From the NCBI GenBank assembly GCA_964572145.1, contig CAZNES010000013.1, forward strand, positions 6,529 through 70,528: a stretch of 64,000 bases of DNA, given 5' to 3'. Below are positions 38,271 to 48,227 of the stretch, one piece after another. Positions within the stretch are counted from its first letter, which is position 1; every line of letters begins with the position of its first letter. The DNA comes from an uncultured Syntrophobacteraceae bacterium. Its GTDB lineage: Bacteria; Desulfobacterota; Binatia; UBA9968. A program made the position numbers and the translations under genes. The notes under the pieces are model-generated. The model did no database searches and had not been told where the DNA came from. It saw nothing but the letters and a program-made list of their open reading frames with translations.

Positions 38271-39644
38271 ATGAGCCGCAAGCCCGCCGACGTAAAAATC
38301 ATGCCCGGCAAGCTGCCGCCGTTTTGGGACCGCAACGTTATCTTTTTTTGCAACATCCATTCGATCTTTTACGACAACAAGGAGGAGACGAGCGATCTGC
38401 TTAAGCAGATTGCCGGCGCCCAGTCTTACGGCGGGAGGGTGATTTCCATTTTGAACTTGCTTTTCCGCGGCGGGCCGAACAAGGTCCTGGTCGAGACGGC
38501 GCCGGAGCCGAGTCTGTTGGATTATCTCTCCGGCGATCTTCGTCTTTCGCTTCCCGCCTTCGACGTGTTGGATCATCGCGGCTATCGCGAGCTCGTGGGG
38601 AAGCTTCAGGCCAGGGACGGCGCCGCGATCGATCCGACCGTCGCAGCATTGAGAAGCCAGCCCGCGTCGTGGGTGGACGGCTTTGTCACCGACGCCGTTC
38701 TCGTCGAGGTCGCGGCCAAATTAAACAAGCGGACGATCAGCACCCTGGCGGGAAGCAAGAACGGAAACAATAAATACCTTCTCTACCGGCATCAGGTCGA
38801 GCAAAAATTGCCGTCGTTCGACACCTTGATGGCGTCGAGTCCGGGCGAGCTACCCGCGTGTCTCGATAGCCTGCGCGATTTGGGCTATGCAAAAGCAGTG
38901 GTGAAGGCGCAGATCGGCGCCTCGGGTTACGGCATGATCAAAGTCGAAACCAAGGAGCCGCGACTGGAAAGCGTGCCGGATTATTTATTTTTCGAGGGCC
39001 CGTGCATGGTACAGGGATGGCTCGATGACGAGACGCCCGGCGTCGAGCGCATCGGCTCGCCGAGCGTGCAAATGTTTTTAGACGACGAGAGCGTCTCCTT
39101 GTACGACTGGACCGAGCAGGTTCTCAGCCGCGAGAGCGTCCACGAGGGCAACATGTCGCCGCCGCCCTATATTTCCGAGCACCCGGAGCTGGAGGAAAAT
39201 CTTTTTCAGCAGGCCGCGATCGCCGGACAATGGCTCCACGCGCAAGGCTACCGCGGCACGGGAAGCACGGATTTTCTCGTGCTGGGAAGAGAGGGAAAGA
39301 CAAAAACGATCATCTGCGAAATCAACGCGCGCGTCACCGGCGCGACGTATCCGGCTGTGCTGGCGCGGCATTTCATGCCGGGCGGATGCTGGAGCATGAG
39401 AAACATCCAGTTCCGCGGCGCGCTCGACGGCAGCCGGCTTCTCGCGCTCATGGATCGCGCGGCGGTGCTTTATCGCCCAGGCAAAGACAAAGGGGTTCTG
39501 CCGTTCAACTTCAACACCGACGCCGAGGGAAAAATCATCAAAGGGCAATTTCTCTCACTCGGAGAAAATCACGAAGAGTGCGCCGAGCTTCTGGTCCAGG
39601 CCTGGGCCGAGCTCCCGGTGGAATGGGGCTATGACCGAGACTAA
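38271..39644 (+). CDS. ATP-grasp-fold protein (putative amino-acid/peptide ligase)
   Basis: NNK, VVKAQIGASGYG, MVQGWL, GSTDF, CEINARVTGATY. Confidence 0.7.
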   Translation: MSRKPADVKIMPGKLPPFWDRNVIFFCNIHSIFYDNKEETSDLLKQIAGAQSYGGRVISILNLLFRGGPNKVLVETAPEPSLLDYLSGDLRLSLPAFDVLDHRGYRELVGKLQARDGAAIDPTVAALRSQPASWVDGFVTDAVLVEVAAKLNKRTISTLAGSKNGNNKYLLYRHQVEQKLPSFDTLMASSPGELPACLDSLRDLGYAKAVVKAQIGASGYGMIKVETKEPRLESVPDYLFFEGPCMVQGWLDDETPGVERIGSPSVQMFLDDESVSLYDWTEQVLSRESVHEGNMSPPPYISEHPELEENLFQQAAIAGQWLHAQGYRGTGSTDFLVLGREGKTKTIICEINARVTGATYPAVLARHFMPGGCWSMRNIQFRGALDGSRLLALMDRAAVLYRPGKDKGVLPFNFNTDAEGKIIKGQFLSLGENHEECAELLVQAWAELPVEWGYDRD

Positions 39645-40761
39645 CCAAAACGAAGTTCTGCGCCAGCGTCTGATCGAACTGACGCGCGATCTGATTCTGA
39701 TTCCCAGCACCCGCGATCGGCCGGAGGAGATCGAGCGCTGCCTGGAGGTCGTCATCAATCACGCGGACCTGCCGGAAGCGGTGGAAGTGCGCCGCTTTCG
39801 CGAAGAGGGAAGTCCTTCGGTCGTGATCTTGCCGCGCAATATCGAAATACCGGAGGTCATGCTCTTCGCTCACCTCGACGTGGTCGCGCGCCCGGAGGGA
39901 ACGGAGTATCGCTCGACGCTCGCCGACGGAAGGATCTACGGTCCGGGAAGCGGCGACATGAAAGGAGAGCTGGCGATCCTGCTGGAAATTTTTCGCGACT
40001 TCCACGGGCGCCGGCCGGGAATATCGCTCGGCATCGCGGTGACCTCGGATGAAGAAATCGGCGGCGCCCACGGCACGCGTTTTCTTTTCGAGAAAGCCGG
40101 CGTCCGCTGCGGGGTCGCGATCATACCCGACTCGGGAACGCTGAACGAGATTGCCGTCGAAGAAAAGGGAATTCTTCACTTGAAGCTTCAGGCGCGCGGA
40201 TCCTCCGGCCACGCGTCGCGGCCATGGCTTGCGGACAATCCGATGGAGCGGATGGTCGTCGCGCTCAATCACGTAAGAGATTATTTCGAGACGCTGCGCG
40301 ACGGCGACGAGCATTGGCATCCGACCTGCGCGATCACGATGCTGCACACGGAGAACCGCGTCTCGAATCGCATACCGTCGTTTGCCGAAGCGGTGTGCGA
40401 CATCCGCTTTCCGCCGCCGTACACATCCGACCGGTTGATAGCGGCGGTCAAGCAGTTCACCGATGGCGCGATGGAATTCGAAGTGCTCGTCTCCGCCGAG
40501 CCGACCAAGGTTTCTCCCGATCCGCTCTTTATCGCCGCGACCGAAGAGATCACTGGCAAGCCGGTCACCCTCATCCGCGAGCACGGCGGCAGCGATGCGC
40601 GCTTTATCTGCCGCTACGGCATACCGATTATCATGTCGCGGCCGTTCGTGGGCAACCTGCACGCGGAGAACGAGTGGATCGATATCGCCTCGATGGAGAC
40701 GCTCTACCGAATTTACGAGAGGTATCTGGAAAAGAAGCTGAAATCTGAAAAGATTGAATGA
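39631..40761 (+). CDS. M20 family metallopeptidase/deacylase (ArgE/DapE-like)
   Basis: AHLDVV, GPGSGDMKG, DEEIGG, GHAS, GGSDAR, LHAENE. Confidence 0.92.
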   Translation: MTETNQNEVLRQRLIELTRDLILIPSTRDRPEEIERCLEVVINHADLPEAVEVRRFREEGSPSVVILPRNIEIPEVMLFAHLDVVARPEGTEYRSTLADGRIYGPGSGDMKGELAILLEIFRDFHGRRPGISLGIAVTSDEEIGGAHGTRFLFEKAGVRCGVAIIPDSGTLNEIAVEEKGILHLKLQARGSSGHASRPWLADNPMERMVVALNHVRDYFETLRDGDEHWHPTCAITMLHTENRVSNRIPSFAEAVCDIRFPPPYTSDRLIAAVKQFTDGAMEFEVLVSAEPTKVSPDPLFIAATEEITGKPVTLIREHGGSDARFICRYGIPIIMSRPFVGNLHAENEWIDIASMETLYRIYERYLEKKLKSEKIE

Positions 40762-40788
40762 GGTCGCGGTATGTATTCCGACTTGATC

Positions 40789-41013
40789 TTAAGACGATAG
40801 GCGCTCTTTAATCCACCTTCGTGCCATCGCCACTGCGTAGAAGGTGGCTTCATCCCGGCTTGTGCACCAGGCGGATTGTCCGCTCAGAACACTATGGCGT
40901 GCTCCGCCGGCGTCTTTCCAGGATACGCGCGCGACCGGCAACCAGTAATCCATACATGCCGTCCGCTCCGCGCTGGCGTGGACCGAGTGGGATTGGTAAT
41001 CGAATTCTTGCAT
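40789..41013 (-). CDS. Small hypothetical protein
   Basis: 74-aa ORF filling the gap, with a purine-rich upstream region. Confidence 0.5.
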   Translation of the reverse strand: MQEFDYQSHSVHASAERTACMDYWLPVARVSWKDAGGARHSVLSGQSAWCTSRDEATFYAVAMARRWIKERLSS

Positions 41014-41170
41014 GAGTTTTTTCCCTTCTTCGATGCGCTACGCTGTGTATTAAGCCGATAACATTAGGTCCGCATGAAGCTGAGGTTAAAGGTTGATGCG
41101 TTGCTATTTGTTGGTGCTACAATAGTTTATAACGATGTTGTTAGCGTATAGGAATTGAAGGGAGAAAACA

Positions 41171-41797
41171 ATGAAGGCCTCACTGTTTTTTCTATGGATT
41201 TTTGCCGCCCTAATCTTTATCGCGGGGAATTCCCGTCTTGAAGCGCAAACGGGTGCGGCAGGGAACTCTGTGAACATTCGTGGGAAAGTTACCGCTCTCA
41301 AAGGACAGGATTTATCGGTCGCCGCGCCGAACGGCGAGGTCCGTGTGACGGTTCCGGACAAAGCTGTCATTCGGCAGGAGATGGCGATCAAGCTCTCCGA
41401 CATCGCGCCGGGGATGTATCTGGGAACGACCGCTGAAAAGCAACCCGACGGGATTTTCCGTGCGTCGGAAGTTCACGTTTTCTCGGAAGACCAGCGCGGG
41501 ACGGGGGAGGGGCATCGGCCGATGCCGAACGGGCCGACTCCCGCCAGCACGATGACCAACGGCAATGTCGAGAAAGTCGAAGACGTAGCGGCGAAGGACG
41601 TGAAGGGCCGCGTCATGTCGGTGAAGTATAAGGACGGAGAGGTCAAGGTTTTCGTCCCGCCCGACGTTCCCGCCATCAAGCGGGTGGTGGTAAATCGCGA
41701 CGCGCTGAGGTCCGGCGCGGAGGTCTCCGTGACGGCGGCGCCCGGCGCGGATGGGGCGATGATCGCCACGCAAATAACGGTACGCGCGGCAAAGTAG
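41171..41797 (+). CDS. Exported beta-strand-rich hypothetical protein
   Basis: Signal peptide, SD GGAG, two OB-like halves, GEGHRP motif. Confidence 0.75.
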   Translation: MKASLFFLWIFAALIFIAGNSRLEAQTGAAGNSVNIRGKVTALKGQDLSVAAPNGEVRVTVPDKAVIRQEMAIKLSDIAPGMYLGTTAEKQPDGIFRASEVHVFSEDQRGTGEGHRPMPNGPTPASTMTNGNVEKVEDVAAKDVKGRVMSVKYKDGEVKVFVPPDVPAIKRVVVNRDALRSGAEVSVTAAPGADGAMIATQITVRAAK

Positions 41798-41840
41798 AAT
41801 CCATTAACTCGTGCTCGCGCGCGGCCGCGGCGATTCACGC

Positions 41841-43340
41841 CTAAAGCGGGGTCGTGCTCGCCGGCGGGCGGCGGTGATGGGTCGCCTGCTCGTACGCGTA
41901 GGCGAGCTTGATCATGTTGCCGTCGTCGTATGGCCGTCCCAAAAAAGTGATACCGGCCGGAAGATTGTCGCGGGTAAATCCCGCCGGCACGACGATCGAG
42001 GGAACAAATACCAGAAACGTGTTCAGATGCGGCGCGCCTTTCTGATCGACGAACGGCGGATTGACGCCGTCCTTGATGAGCGTCGGTTGATGCTCGACCG
42101 CCTTGTGCACGATCGCATCCAGCTTGTGATCGGCCATGACCTTGAAGACGTTGGTTGTCAGCTCGTCCCGCGCCAAAAGAAACTCGTAGTGCTTGTTCCG
42201 ATCTTCGCTGCGCTTCCAGCGGTCCTGCGAGCGCCGGACGACTTTTGAAAAGTCCGGCGACTCAGCCGCTTCCCGGCGCGATGGGAAAGGCGGACGGGTG
42301 CTCCTGCCGAAATATACTTTGAACGACTCCTCTCCTTGCGCGTAGCTTCCCGTCCGCTTCGCCAGCAGCTCCTTGAGTTTTGGAATGACGATCGGGTCGA
42401 CAACCTCCGCGCCCGCTGCTTTCAACTCCCCGACGGCCCGGTCGAAAACTTCCGCGATCTTTTTGAAATCTTCGGAATCCGGCTCCGAGTCGAAGCCCAT
42501 CGATTCGCGGAGAATACCGATGCGCGCTCCTCGTAAACCGCTGGCGTCGAGGAATTTCGTGTAGGTTTCCGGCGCATGGCCTACGCCTCTCGCGGTGAGC
42601 GGGTCTTCGGGATCGTATCCCACCAGTACGTCCAGCAGGATCGCGAGATCCTTCACCGTGCGCGCCATCGGGCCCAGAGAACCGGCGACGTCGGGCCAGC
42701 CGGCGAAAACGCCGCCGCGGCTCACTAGGCCGGCGGTCGGCCGCATACCGGCGATCGAGTTCCAAGTCGATGGCCGCCGGATCGACGCGAAGCCCTCCTG
42801 CCCGACGGCGACGGTCGAATAATTCGCCGCGACGCTCACGGCCGAGCCGCCCGAGGATCCGCCCGCGGTCCGGTCGAGCGCGTACGGATTTTTCGTCGAG
42901 CCGAAAAGCGAGCCGTGCGTATCGCCGCCGCCCAATTCGCCCAGTGTCGCCTTGGCCAAAATGATCGCTCCCGCTTTTTTCAGCTTTTCCACGACGAACG
43001 CGTCTCGATCGGGGTAGTAGTTCTTGAACAACAGCGAGCCCAGCGTGGTCGGCATTCCTTTGGCGTCGGCCTGATCTTTGATGACCACGGGAATCCCGTG
43101 AAGCGGGCCGACAAAGCCGGAAGCCTTGAACGCGGCGTCGAGCCGGTCCGCTTCTTCGAGAGCCTTGGTATTCAAAGTGATGATCGCGTTCAGCGCCGGC
43201 CCTTTCTTGTCATACGCCTCGATGCGGTCGAGGTAGTTCTGAACCAGCTCCCGCGACGTAAGCCGCCCCGCTTTATAGGCGCTGTGAATGATTTCTATGG
43301 ATGTCTCTAGGACGTTGAACTGCGTTGCCGATGAACTCAT
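41841..43340 (-). CDS. Amidase signature family protein
   Basis: GPLHGIPVVIKD, GGSSGGSA, SIRRP, AYAYEQAT; start reset to MSSSAT. Confidence 0.92.
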   Translation of the reverse strand: MSSSATQFNVLETSIEIIHSAYKAGRLTSRELVQNYLDRIEAYDKKGPALNAIITLNTKALEEADRLDAAFKASGFVGPLHGIPVVIKDQADAKGMPTTLGSLLFKNYYPDRDAFVVEKLKKAGAIILAKATLGELGGGDTHGSLFGSTKNPYALDRTAGGSSGGSAVSVAANYSTVAVGQEGFASIRRPSTWNSIAGMRPTAGLVSRGGVFAGWPDVAGSLGPMARTVKDLAILLDVLVGYDPEDPLTARGVGHAPETYTKFLDASGLRGARIGILRESMGFDSEPDSEDFKKIAEVFDRAVGELKAAGAEVVDPIVIPKLKELLAKRTGSYAQGEESFKVYFGRSTRPPFPSRREAAESPDFSKVVRRSQDRWKRSEDRNKHYEFLLARDELTTNVFKVMADHKLDAIVHKAVEHQPTLIKDGVNPPFVDQKGAPHLNTFLVFVPSIVVPAGFTRDNLPAGITFLGRPYDDGNMIKLAYAYEQATHHRRPPASTTPL

Positions 43341-43377
43341 CGGAGCATCTCCTTCTTGGTATAGTTCGTCTCGCGGG

Positions 43378-43635
43378 TTACTTGGACGGATATCGTCTCG
43401 CCATCTCGCTGAAAAAATGTTCCTTGTCGAGTTCCTGGAGGAAGCTGAGATCGACAAACTGATCAGGCTTGGCGCTCTTTGCTTGCGGCATCTGCGGCGC
43501 GAGCATGTCGAGGTGGCTCTGGGTAAAGGCCAGGGATGGATAACCCAGCCTGATTTTCTTGATCTCCTGCGCGAACGTAGGAGTGGTCGAGACCAAGAGG
43601 GTAAAGAAGCAAAACGCTGAAAGGATCATCGACAT
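43378..43635 (-). pseudogene. Internally deleted NitT/TauT solute-binding protein gene
   Basis: Signal peptide plus KKIRLGYPSLAFTQSHL fused in frame to the SBP-type C-terminus AKPDQFVDLSFLQELDKEHFF; only 85 aa. Confidence 0.7.
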
Positions 43636-43808
43636 GGTAAAACCCGACTTTTTAAAACGACGATGGAACACCTCGATGAGGTGCGACTTCTGTCTATTCC
43701 AGCGAGCGCTGGCCGTCAAGTGGACGATGCTTATTAGAGGATTTATCTAGTCCCTTGATGCACGGAACGGGTTTGTCATATAACGTGACTAAACAAGGGA
43801 GAAAGACG

Positions 43809-44870
43809 ATGAGTCAGGTTAAAGTTACGACGGAGAATCCGCGGCTGGAAACTTTACACCGCCGGATGGCGGAAAACTCGCTAGGGGGCCATTGGCAGTC
43901 ACGTCCGAGAGCGCCGAAATTGGAGCCCTTCTTGTGGCCCTGGTCGGTGATTTACTCCTGCCTGATGGAGTCCGGGGAAGTCATCCAGTTAGGGCACGTC
44001 GGTGACGCTGCCAACAGGCGAACGGTTCAGCTCGTGAACCCCGCGCTTACCGCGCAAAAATCCACCAGCCGCACGTTGCAGATGTCGATACAACTGGTCA
44101 AGTCGGGTGAAAGGGCGGAATGCCACCGGCACACGGCGGCGGCTTTGCGCTTCGTGGTCGAGACAGACGGGACGGCATATACGACCGTCGAAGGCGAGCA
44201 GATGCTGATGGAGCCGGGCGATCTGGTGCTGACGCCGAACTGGACGTGGCACGACCATTACAATCCGGGGAAAAATCACATCGTCTGGTTAGACGTGCTG
44301 GACATCCATTTGACGGCTCACCTCGATGCCATGTTCCAGGAAAACTACGGCGAAGGTCCCATCCAGCCCGTCGTGAAGCCCGACGGATATTGCCGGCAGC
44401 GCCTCGGGACCGTGCGCCCCCGCACGGCGAATGTGGGTGGTCAAGCGTTGCCGTACACCTATAAGTGGACGGACACGGTGGCGGCGCTAAAGGAGGTGGC
44501 CGAAGCGGACCGGAAGGATCCTCACGATGGGATTTTGCTGGAATACACCAATCCGCTGACCGGAGGGCCAACGATGCCGACGATCGGGTGTTGGATACAA
44601 TGGTTGCCGCCAGGTGAAACCACCAAGCCCCACCGCCACACCAGCAGCACGATTTACCACGTCGTCGAGGGCGAGGGCGTAACGACCGTCGGTGAAAAAA
44701 AGGGCGTTGGAGATGATTTGACATGGGGACCCAAGGACTGCTTCTTCGTCCCGTCGTGGAAGTGGCATGAGTTCAGAAACAGATCCAAGAAAGAGGCGGC
44801 TATTATTTTTTCGGTTACCGACCGCCCGGTGCTGGAGAGCTTGGGGCTGTACCGCGAGGAACAAGACTAA
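43809..44870 (+). CDS. Gentisate 1,2-dioxygenase-family bicupin
   Basis: RRTVQLVNP, HRHTAAALRFV, TPNWTWHDH, NPLTGGPTMPTI, HRHTSS; start reset to MSQVK. Confidence 0.9.
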   Translation: MSQVKVTTENPRLETLHRRMAENSLGGHWQSRPRAPKLEPFLWPWSVIYSCLMESGEVIQLGHVGDAANRRTVQLVNPALTAQKSTSRTLQMSIQLVKSGERAECHRHTAAALRFVVETDGTAYTTVEGEQMLMEPGDLVLTPNWTWHDHYNPGKNHIVWLDVLDIHLTAHLDAMFQENYGEGPIQPVVKPDGYCRQRLGTVRPRTANVGGQALPYTYKWTDTVAALKEVAEADRKDPHDGILLEYTNPLTGGPTMPTIGCWIQWLPPGETTKPHRHTSSTIYHVVEGEGVTTVGEKKGVGDDLTWGPKDCFFVPSWKWHEFRNRSKKEAAIIFSVTDRPVLESLGLYREEQD

Positions 44871-44879
44871 AAGAGACAA

Positions 44880-44903
44880 TGGAGTGGTGGAGTAGTGGAG
44901 TAA
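44880..44903. repeat. Octamer tandem repeat (TGGAGTRN x3)
   Basis: TGGAGTGG TGGAGTAG TGGAGTAA; same family as 63741-63794. Confidence 0.65.
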
Positions 44904-44955
44904 CGGTCGTATAAGCAACGGCTGGAAATTACGAATTCAAAAAAGGAGGCATGCG

Positions 44956-45921
44956 ATGGCTACGAAAGACGTGCGAAAAACAGTGAGAGGTTTGGTGATA
45001 CCGATCCCCGCGGTCTTTGACGGCAAAGGAGAACCGGACCTTCCGATGATCGAGAAGCTGACCGACTGGTATCTGGATGCCGGCGTCCATGCGTTTTTTA
45101 TCCTCGGGTCCCAAGGCCAGGGCCCGGCCTGCCGCATCGACCAGCGTAAAGCGGTGGCCGAAACAGTCGTGCGCCGCGTTAACGGGCGGGCGCCGTGCAT
45201 CGTCCAAGTCGGAGCGGTGGAACCCTACACGAGCATCGAGCTCGGACTGCACGCGAAGCAGATCGGCGCGGACGCGATCGGCGTCGTCGGCCCGTATTAT
45301 TACAGCGACCGCAACGAGTGGGAGCTGATCGAGCACTATAAGATGGTGGACAAGGCGGTCGGGCTGCCGATGTTGCTCTATAACAATCCCGAATACTCGG
45401 GCTACCCGATCCCGCCGGCGATGATGGCGAAACTGCGGGAAGCCGTGCCGAATATTTTCGCCGCGAAATTGGCCATGGGGAACATCGACCAGGCCGTGAA
45501 CTACCTGCGCGTGTTGTCACGGGACTTTATCATCTTCATTCCGATCACGCAGATGCTGCCGGGGATGCTGCTCGGCGTGGCGGGGAGCATCGCGGCGGGA
45601 ACGCCGGTTACCGTGCCTGAAGCCGGCGTTCAACTGATCGAAGCGGTCTGGGCGAAGGACCTTGATCGCGCGCAGAAAATACAGGTTCTGCTCTTGGAGC
45701 ATGGCGAGCGCCTGGCGCCGCTCCGATCGTACGGCAGGCGCATCACGCTGGAAGGCTTGCGCCTGAGAGGACTGGCGGTGAAAGAGTATCCCAGGTGGCC
45801 GACCAAGCCGCTCAGCGCGGAACATCATAAGCTGTACGAAGAGAACATGAAGCGCATCCTCGATGAGTTGAGCGCGCTGACACCGGCCGCTTCCGGCCAG
45901 AAAAAGAAAGTGGCGGTGTAA
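44956..45921 (+). CDS. DapA/NAL-family aldolase
   Basis: LGSQGQ, PYYY, LYNNP, FAAKL. Confidence 0.88.
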   Translation: MATKDVRKTVRGLVIPIPAVFDGKGEPDLPMIEKLTDWYLDAGVHAFFILGSQGQGPACRIDQRKAVAETVVRRVNGRAPCIVQVGAVEPYTSIELGLHAKQIGADAIGVVGPYYYSDRNEWELIEHYKMVDKAVGLPMLLYNNPEYSGYPIPPAMMAKLREAVPNIFAAKLAMGNIDQAVNYLRVLSRDFIIFIPITQMLPGMLLGVAGSIAAGTPVTVPEAGVQLIEAVWAKDLDRAQKIQVLLLEHGERLAPLRSYGRRITLEGLRLRGLAVKEYPRWPTKPLSAEHHKLYEENMKRILDELSALTPAASGQKKKVAV

Positions 45922-45923
45922 CC

Positions 45924-46024
45924 ATTTTGGATTTTGGATTTCCGCCATAGGCGGATCCGCCCAATCTTTGTGGCGGAGCCGATTTTCGATTAATCCCAAA
46001 TCCAAAATCTAAAATCGGAAATCG
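45924..46024. repeat. Heptamer tandem-repeat inverted element enclosing TCCGCC-n-GGCGGA hairpins
   Basis: ATTTTGG ATTTTGG ATTT ... AATCCCA AATCCAA AATCTAA AATCGGA AATC, with two internal TCCGCC/GGCGGA stems. Confidence 0.75.
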
Positions 46025-46039
46025 TTAGAGGAATCGATT

Positions 46040-47200
46040 ATGCCACGTCAGTATAAAGTCATCTCCGCGGATGGACACATCGATTTCAACCCGGACGTTT
46101 GGAGAGATCGGGTTGCAGCGAAATGGAGAGATCGCGCGCCGAAGCGGGTAAAAATGCCGAACGGCTCCGACGCCGTCGTGGTCGATGGCGGCAAGCCCAA
46201 CACGATCGGCATCACCCGCAGCGTCCGCGTCGCCCACAAGGACCTCGCCACACAAGTGCCGACCTTTGAAAACAGCGCCGGCACCGGCCCCCCCGAGCAG
46301 CGCTTGCGCGAGCAAGACCAGGACGGAATCGACGCGGAAATTCTATTCTCCCAGATCTCGTCCGTGCTGCGGCAGGCCAAGGACGACGGTCTCTATCTGG
46401 ACTTGATCCGCGCCTATAACGAGTTCCTCGCCGAGGAGTACATGGCCGCGGCGCCGGACCGCCTGATTCCAATCGGCACGATCCCGATGACCGGACTGAA
46501 CGACGCGCTGAAGGAACTCGAGCGCTGCGCCAAGCTCGGTTTGAAGGGTGTGAAGTTGGAAAAATTTCCCAGCGGCCGAGGATATCCGACGCCCGAGGAC
46601 GATAAGTTCTGGGCCGCGGCGATAGACCTACGCATGCCGCTGACGAATCATAGCAACGGCAACATGGGTTCGGGGAAGGGAGAACCGGCGTTCAAATACG
46701 ACCAGGAGCCCGGTCCCGACGTGCACCAGCGAGAACCGATGGGCTATTTCTTCCGCTTTACCAACGATGCCATGATAGGCGCAACGCAGATGGCGTTCGG
46801 CGGAGTATGGGATCGGTTCCCGACCCTCGAGATGTACTGGGCGGAGACGATGATCGGGTGGTTGGAGTACGGTCTCTGGCAGCTCGACGATCACTACAAG
46901 CGCTACATGCCCATGATCAACGAAAACTGGGGGCTAAAATATATCGAGCGCAAACCGAGCGAGTACATCAAGGAGCGTAACTACTGGGGGTTCCTGCACG
47001 ACCCGGTTGGCGTCCGGCGGCGCGACTGCATCGGTTTGGATAAACTCATGTGGGGCACCGACTTTGCCCATGCGGCAAGCGAGTGGCCGAATTCGGTCAA
47101 GGTCATGGAACAGGACTTCGCCGGCGTGCCGGAAAACGAGAGGCGCGCCATGCTGGTCGGGAACGCGGTAAAATATTTCCATCTGGACGGCTGGCAGTGA
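46040..47200 (+). CDS. Amidohydrolase family protein
   Basis: ISADGH, QDQDGIDAEILF, RAYNEFL, WGTDFAH. Confidence 0.9.
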   Translation: MPRQYKVISADGHIDFNPDVWRDRVAAKWRDRAPKRVKMPNGSDAVVVDGGKPNTIGITRSVRVAHKDLATQVPTFENSAGTGPPEQRLREQDQDGIDAEILFSQISSVLRQAKDDGLYLDLIRAYNEFLAEEYMAAAPDRLIPIGTIPMTGLNDALKELERCAKLGLKGVKLEKFPSGRGYPTPEDDKFWAAAIDLRMPLTNHSNGNMGSGKGEPAFKYDQEPGPDVHQREPMGYFFRFTNDAMIGATQMAFGGVWDRFPTLEMYWAETMIGWLEYGLWQLDDHYKRYMPMINENWGLKYIERKPSEYIKERNYWGFLHDPVGVRRRDCIGLDKLMWGTDFAHAASEWPNSVKVMEQDFAGVPENERRAMLVGNAVKYFHLDGWQ

Positions 47201-48216
47201 TCAGCGTAGGCACAACGCACGAAGAGCTCGAGCGGTTTCTTGCCGAGCACCATCTCGTCGGCGCCGGGCTCAGACGCGAGGGACGCGCGGCGCCTCGCAC
47301 AGGCAACACCGCCGCCCACTGGAAATGGGAGGGGATTTATAAGGGCCTGATGCAATCAGGCAAGATCGTGACCGTCGGCCCGAACGGAATGACGGGGATG
47401 CGCTCGGTCGTCGGCATCGAAGCGCGCAGCTTTCCCATCTGGATGAACGCCCAGATCCTCATGCCGGGCGAGCGGACCCAGGCGCACCGCAACCTGCGCA
47501 ACGAGACGCGGCTCGTCTGTGAAGCGCCAAAGGAAGCGGTATTCGTGTGCGAGTACGAGTCGTATCCGATGGAGCGAGGGGACGTCGTCACCAACCCGGC
47601 CTGGACCTTCCACGATCACTGGAACCAGGGTACGACGCCGGCGATCTGGGTCGACGGCTACGACAACGGCTACAATCAGGGCGTGAACATCAACGAGCGG
47701 CTGCCGAAAGACGCGCCGTACCAGGAAATAAAAAAACCTGCGGGACATGGGCCGAGAACTCGCGGCCATGCCCGCCCCACATCCGGCGAGACGCCGTTCC
47801 CATTCCCGCCGATGCGCTATCCGTGGGCCGAGACGCAGGCGGCGCTCGCGGCGATGAGAGAGGCCGGCGAGGGCGATCCGTACGAAGGGATCCCGATCAT
47901 GTTGGCCGGCCCGGTCAATGGCGGACCGACGCTGCCGACGATCGCCTGGCAGGCGCAGCTGTTGTCACCGCGGCAAAAAACTCTGGCGCACCGGCACAAC
48001 AGCACCGCCTTTTACTTCGCGTTCGAAGGCGAAGGCGCCATCGTCATCGAAGGCGAGCGGTTGGAATGGCATCGTGGGGACATCTTCGCGGTGCCGGCGT
48101 GGAAGTGGCACCACCATGAGAACACAAACAACGGTGACTCGATTCTCTTCTCGATCGACGATTGGCCGGCCATGAAGAAGCTCGGCTTCTACATGAAAGA
48201 AGAGGCGGCGCCTTAG
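47197..48216 (+). CDS. Second gentisate dioxygenase-like bicupin
   Basis: GTG overlaps the upstream stop; NPAWTFHDH, GGPTLPTI, HRHNST, PAWKWHHH. Confidence 0.85.
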   Translation: MISVGTTHEELERFLAEHHLVGAGLRREGRAAPRTGNTAAHWKWEGIYKGLMQSGKIVTVGPNGMTGMRSVVGIEARSFPIWMNAQILMPGERTQAHRNLRNETRLVCEAPKEAVFVCEYESYPMERGDVVTNPAWTFHDHWNQGTTPAIWVDGYDNGYNQGVNINERLPKDAPYQEIKKPAGHGPRTRGHARPTSGETPFPFPPMRYPWAETQAALAAMREAGEGDPYEGIPIMLAGPVNGGPTLPTIAWQAQLLSPRQKTLAHRHNSTAFYFAFEGEGAIVIEGERLEWHRGDIFAVPAWKWHHHENTNNGDSILFSIDDWPAMKKLGFYMKEEAAP

Positions 48217-48227
48217 CGGAAACCACT

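Noticed and set aside
39538-40662. 374-aa minus-strand ORF
   Set aside because: Antisense shadow of the M20 peptidase.
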